Below, piece after piece: positions 62,073 to 64,000 of a stretch of DNA of 64,000 bases. The number at the start of each line of letters is the position of its first letter. The first letter of the stretch is position 1. Both the position numbers and the translations under genes were made by a program. The stretch covers positions 5,270,001-5,334,000 of the forward strand of contig OZ218951.1 of NCBI GenBank assembly GCA_965112735.1. Direction: 5' to 3'. Under the pieces are notes generated by a model, which was given only the letters and a program-made list of their open reading frames with translations, had not been told where the DNA came from and searched no databases. Source of the stretch: Phaeosaccion multiseriatum. Lineage: Eukaryota > Protista > Ochrophyta, other classes.

Positions 62073-64000
62073 ACGAAAGGGTGAACTCTCAAGGCCCTTC
62101 TTACATGAAGCGAGATGAGTCCATCCGTCCGTCCGTCCGTCCGTCCGTCCTGTATTCCCGTTGGGCGTGTTGGCTCTTGGCCTTGTCGTGTCCCTCTGCT
62201 GCCACCCTCTCGACACGCACGCACAAACTAGTCCCCTCGCCCACCCCCTCACCCACCCACTGCCTTACAACGATAGGTGAAGCACAATGTCCACTCAGTG
62301 GATACTTCGGAGGCAGTGGTGAATGTGGAGGAGGGCAGCATTCGCTCGGCGATGCTGTGCGAGCGCCTTGTCATTGGACTCATCAGCGCCAAGAGGGCAG
62401 TCAAGGAGGGAGAGAAGCCCCGACCTTGGGTGAGCGCAGCGCAGCGTAGAGCCTGCTTCTCTCTCTCTAAAACACACCATGTCTCTTGCTTTTCCCTCTC
62501 TCTCTCTGTGTGTGTGTGTGTGTGTCAAACACACTCTATATCTCTCTCCCCCCCCTCTCTCTCTCACACACACACACACACTCACTCACTCACCCATCTC
62601 GTGCGCGCTCTTTCTCGTTCCCTTTTGTCTGTCTGTCTCCCCCTCCTGCCCGTCCTCCTCCCCCCCTCTCCTCTCCTTGCTGCAGTCTGACTCAGAAAAG
62701 ATTCTGATCGAAAAGATGGCCTCTTCCCTTGCTATAGCCGTCATGGTGGATCACAAGCACCAGATGGCCCAGGGGGTGCAAGTAGATCAGGTAATGTAAA
62801 TCGATGGCGACGTTTTGCGTAGACATCGATTATTTCCAACACGTCCATGCCCACCCACCCACCCACCCACCCACCCTCCTACACACTCACCAACCCACCC
62901 ACCCACGCACTCACCTACACATCCACCCACGCACCCACCCACGCATGCACGCACCCCCGTAGGTGCGGCAGCTGCTGGCAGAGATGCTGCATCAGGTGAA
63001 GAACCCCGTGACTGCTCTGCGCACGTTCGGCAAGCTGCTCCTCAGACGCCTCCCCAACACCGACTCCATCAATCGAGAGCTCGCCAAGGACATTATCATC
63101 CAGGTACGGTAACCGCGTAACCGAAAACGGTAACCATCGGCTGTCCATAGTCTTGTCGCCTTGCGTGCCGCACCTATGTGCATACCGTACCTATCTTCTC
63201 TACTTTCGGTTTACCGATCTACTTACGTATCTACTCACGTACCTACTTCCTGTCAACAGAGACTCGCCCGCCCAACCCCACCTCGCCACGGAAAACTGAG
63301 CTGAGGCTGCAACTGGACCTTGCAAACTCAAACTCAAACTCAAACTCAAACTGAAACCGAAAGTATGCCCTGCGCTCCCTCCCTGCCCCTCCCCGCACCC
63401 CCCCTCCCTCCACCAGAGTGACCGTCTTGTGGATCTGATTCTGCCGGTGGATGCCGTCATCGGGCAACTCGAGCAGCAGACAGCTCTTGCCCCCCTCCCG
63501 CCCTCCGCCTCGGCCTACGCCTACCCACCGGGGGCCGCCGCTTACCCCCCGGGGCAACAGCGGAGGCAGAAGGAGGGGGAGAGAGTAGCATTGCGGCGGC
63601 AGCAGAAGCAGCTGCGGAAAATGGAGGAGCAGGAGCTGCAGGAACTGCGCGAGCAGCAGCAAAGGATTCATCAGCAGCAGCAGCTGCTGCAGCAGCGCCA
63701 GCAGGAGGAGCAACGCGAAGTATACTGTGAGTCGCCTGGGTGGTTTGCGTGTATATGGGTGTGCGTCTGTGTATGTATGTATGTATGTATGTATGTATGT
63801 ATGTATGTATGTATGTATGTATGTATGTATGTATGTATGTATGTATGTCTGTATGTGTGTGTGTGTGTGTGTGTGTGGCCTATCTACACGTTCTTCCTCC
63901 TTCTACTCCTAAACCCTTTCATAAACCTCCGCCTACTGTTGCACCACTTTCCGTAGCGGCGAGTCAAGAGGGCAGCACATCGCAGCAGCAGCCCCGAGAG
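59670..64000 (+). CDS. CSK: Chloroplast sensor kinase (Hik2/CSK-type GAF + histidine kinase); multi-exon; truncated by the window end
   Basis: GAF-like region: QAQFEVLAAVL..CSLYFRRE..AAVYPE, LLPQFPFI, PW|SDSEKILIEKMASSLAIAVMVD. H-box: LLAEMLHQVKNPVTALRTFGKLLLRRL..NRELAKDIIIQ|SDRL, matching the Hik2/CSK signature. Start codon is uncertain. Confidence 0.88.

Noticed and set aside
59670-64000. Bacterial contamination or recent HGT of a histidine kinase
   Set aside because: The gene has host-type spliceosomal introns and matches endosymbiont-derived CSK.

Overview
Eukaryotic, intron-rich, microsatellite-rich nuclear DNA, most likely from a photosynthetic stramenopile (ochrophyte). Evidence for that: Psb27 with an 'AVA-FQP' bipartite plastid presequence, a His-retaining chloroplast sensor kinase (CSK/Hik2), and a signal-peptide thioredoxin+PUB protein resembling periplastid sPUB. 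I spliced about 15 genes by hand using GT-AG sites: inositol 2-dehydrogenase-like oxidoreductase, mitochondrial thiolase, a low-complexity hypothetical protein, TBCB, INTS7, the UBA-Trx-PUB-UBX-like protein, a coiled-coil ciliary-type protein, a GT8 glycosyltransferase, DNAJC17, Psb27, an EH-domain protein, acyl-protein thioesterase, an IQ-like protein, a CIB/calcineurin-B-like protein and CSK (partial). Most ORFs in the supplied track are artefacts of simple repeats. Unexplained signals: (1) a 15-bp unit (GGTGATACAGCAGTT) dispersed through exons of several unrelated genes in different frames and both orientations, once next to a 1.5-repeat telomere-template-like 9-mer; (2) strict alternation of gene orientation as head-to-head pairs; (3) introns with complementary microsatellites at their two ends and AC-rich acceptors; (4) an inverted-repeat-flanked locus at 14.4-16.5 kb encoding a possible pseudo-OTU protein; (5) a hairpin/Sm-site/hairpin ncRNA candidate. 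All family assignments come from motifs recognised by eye, not database searches, and exon boundaries are manual and approximate.
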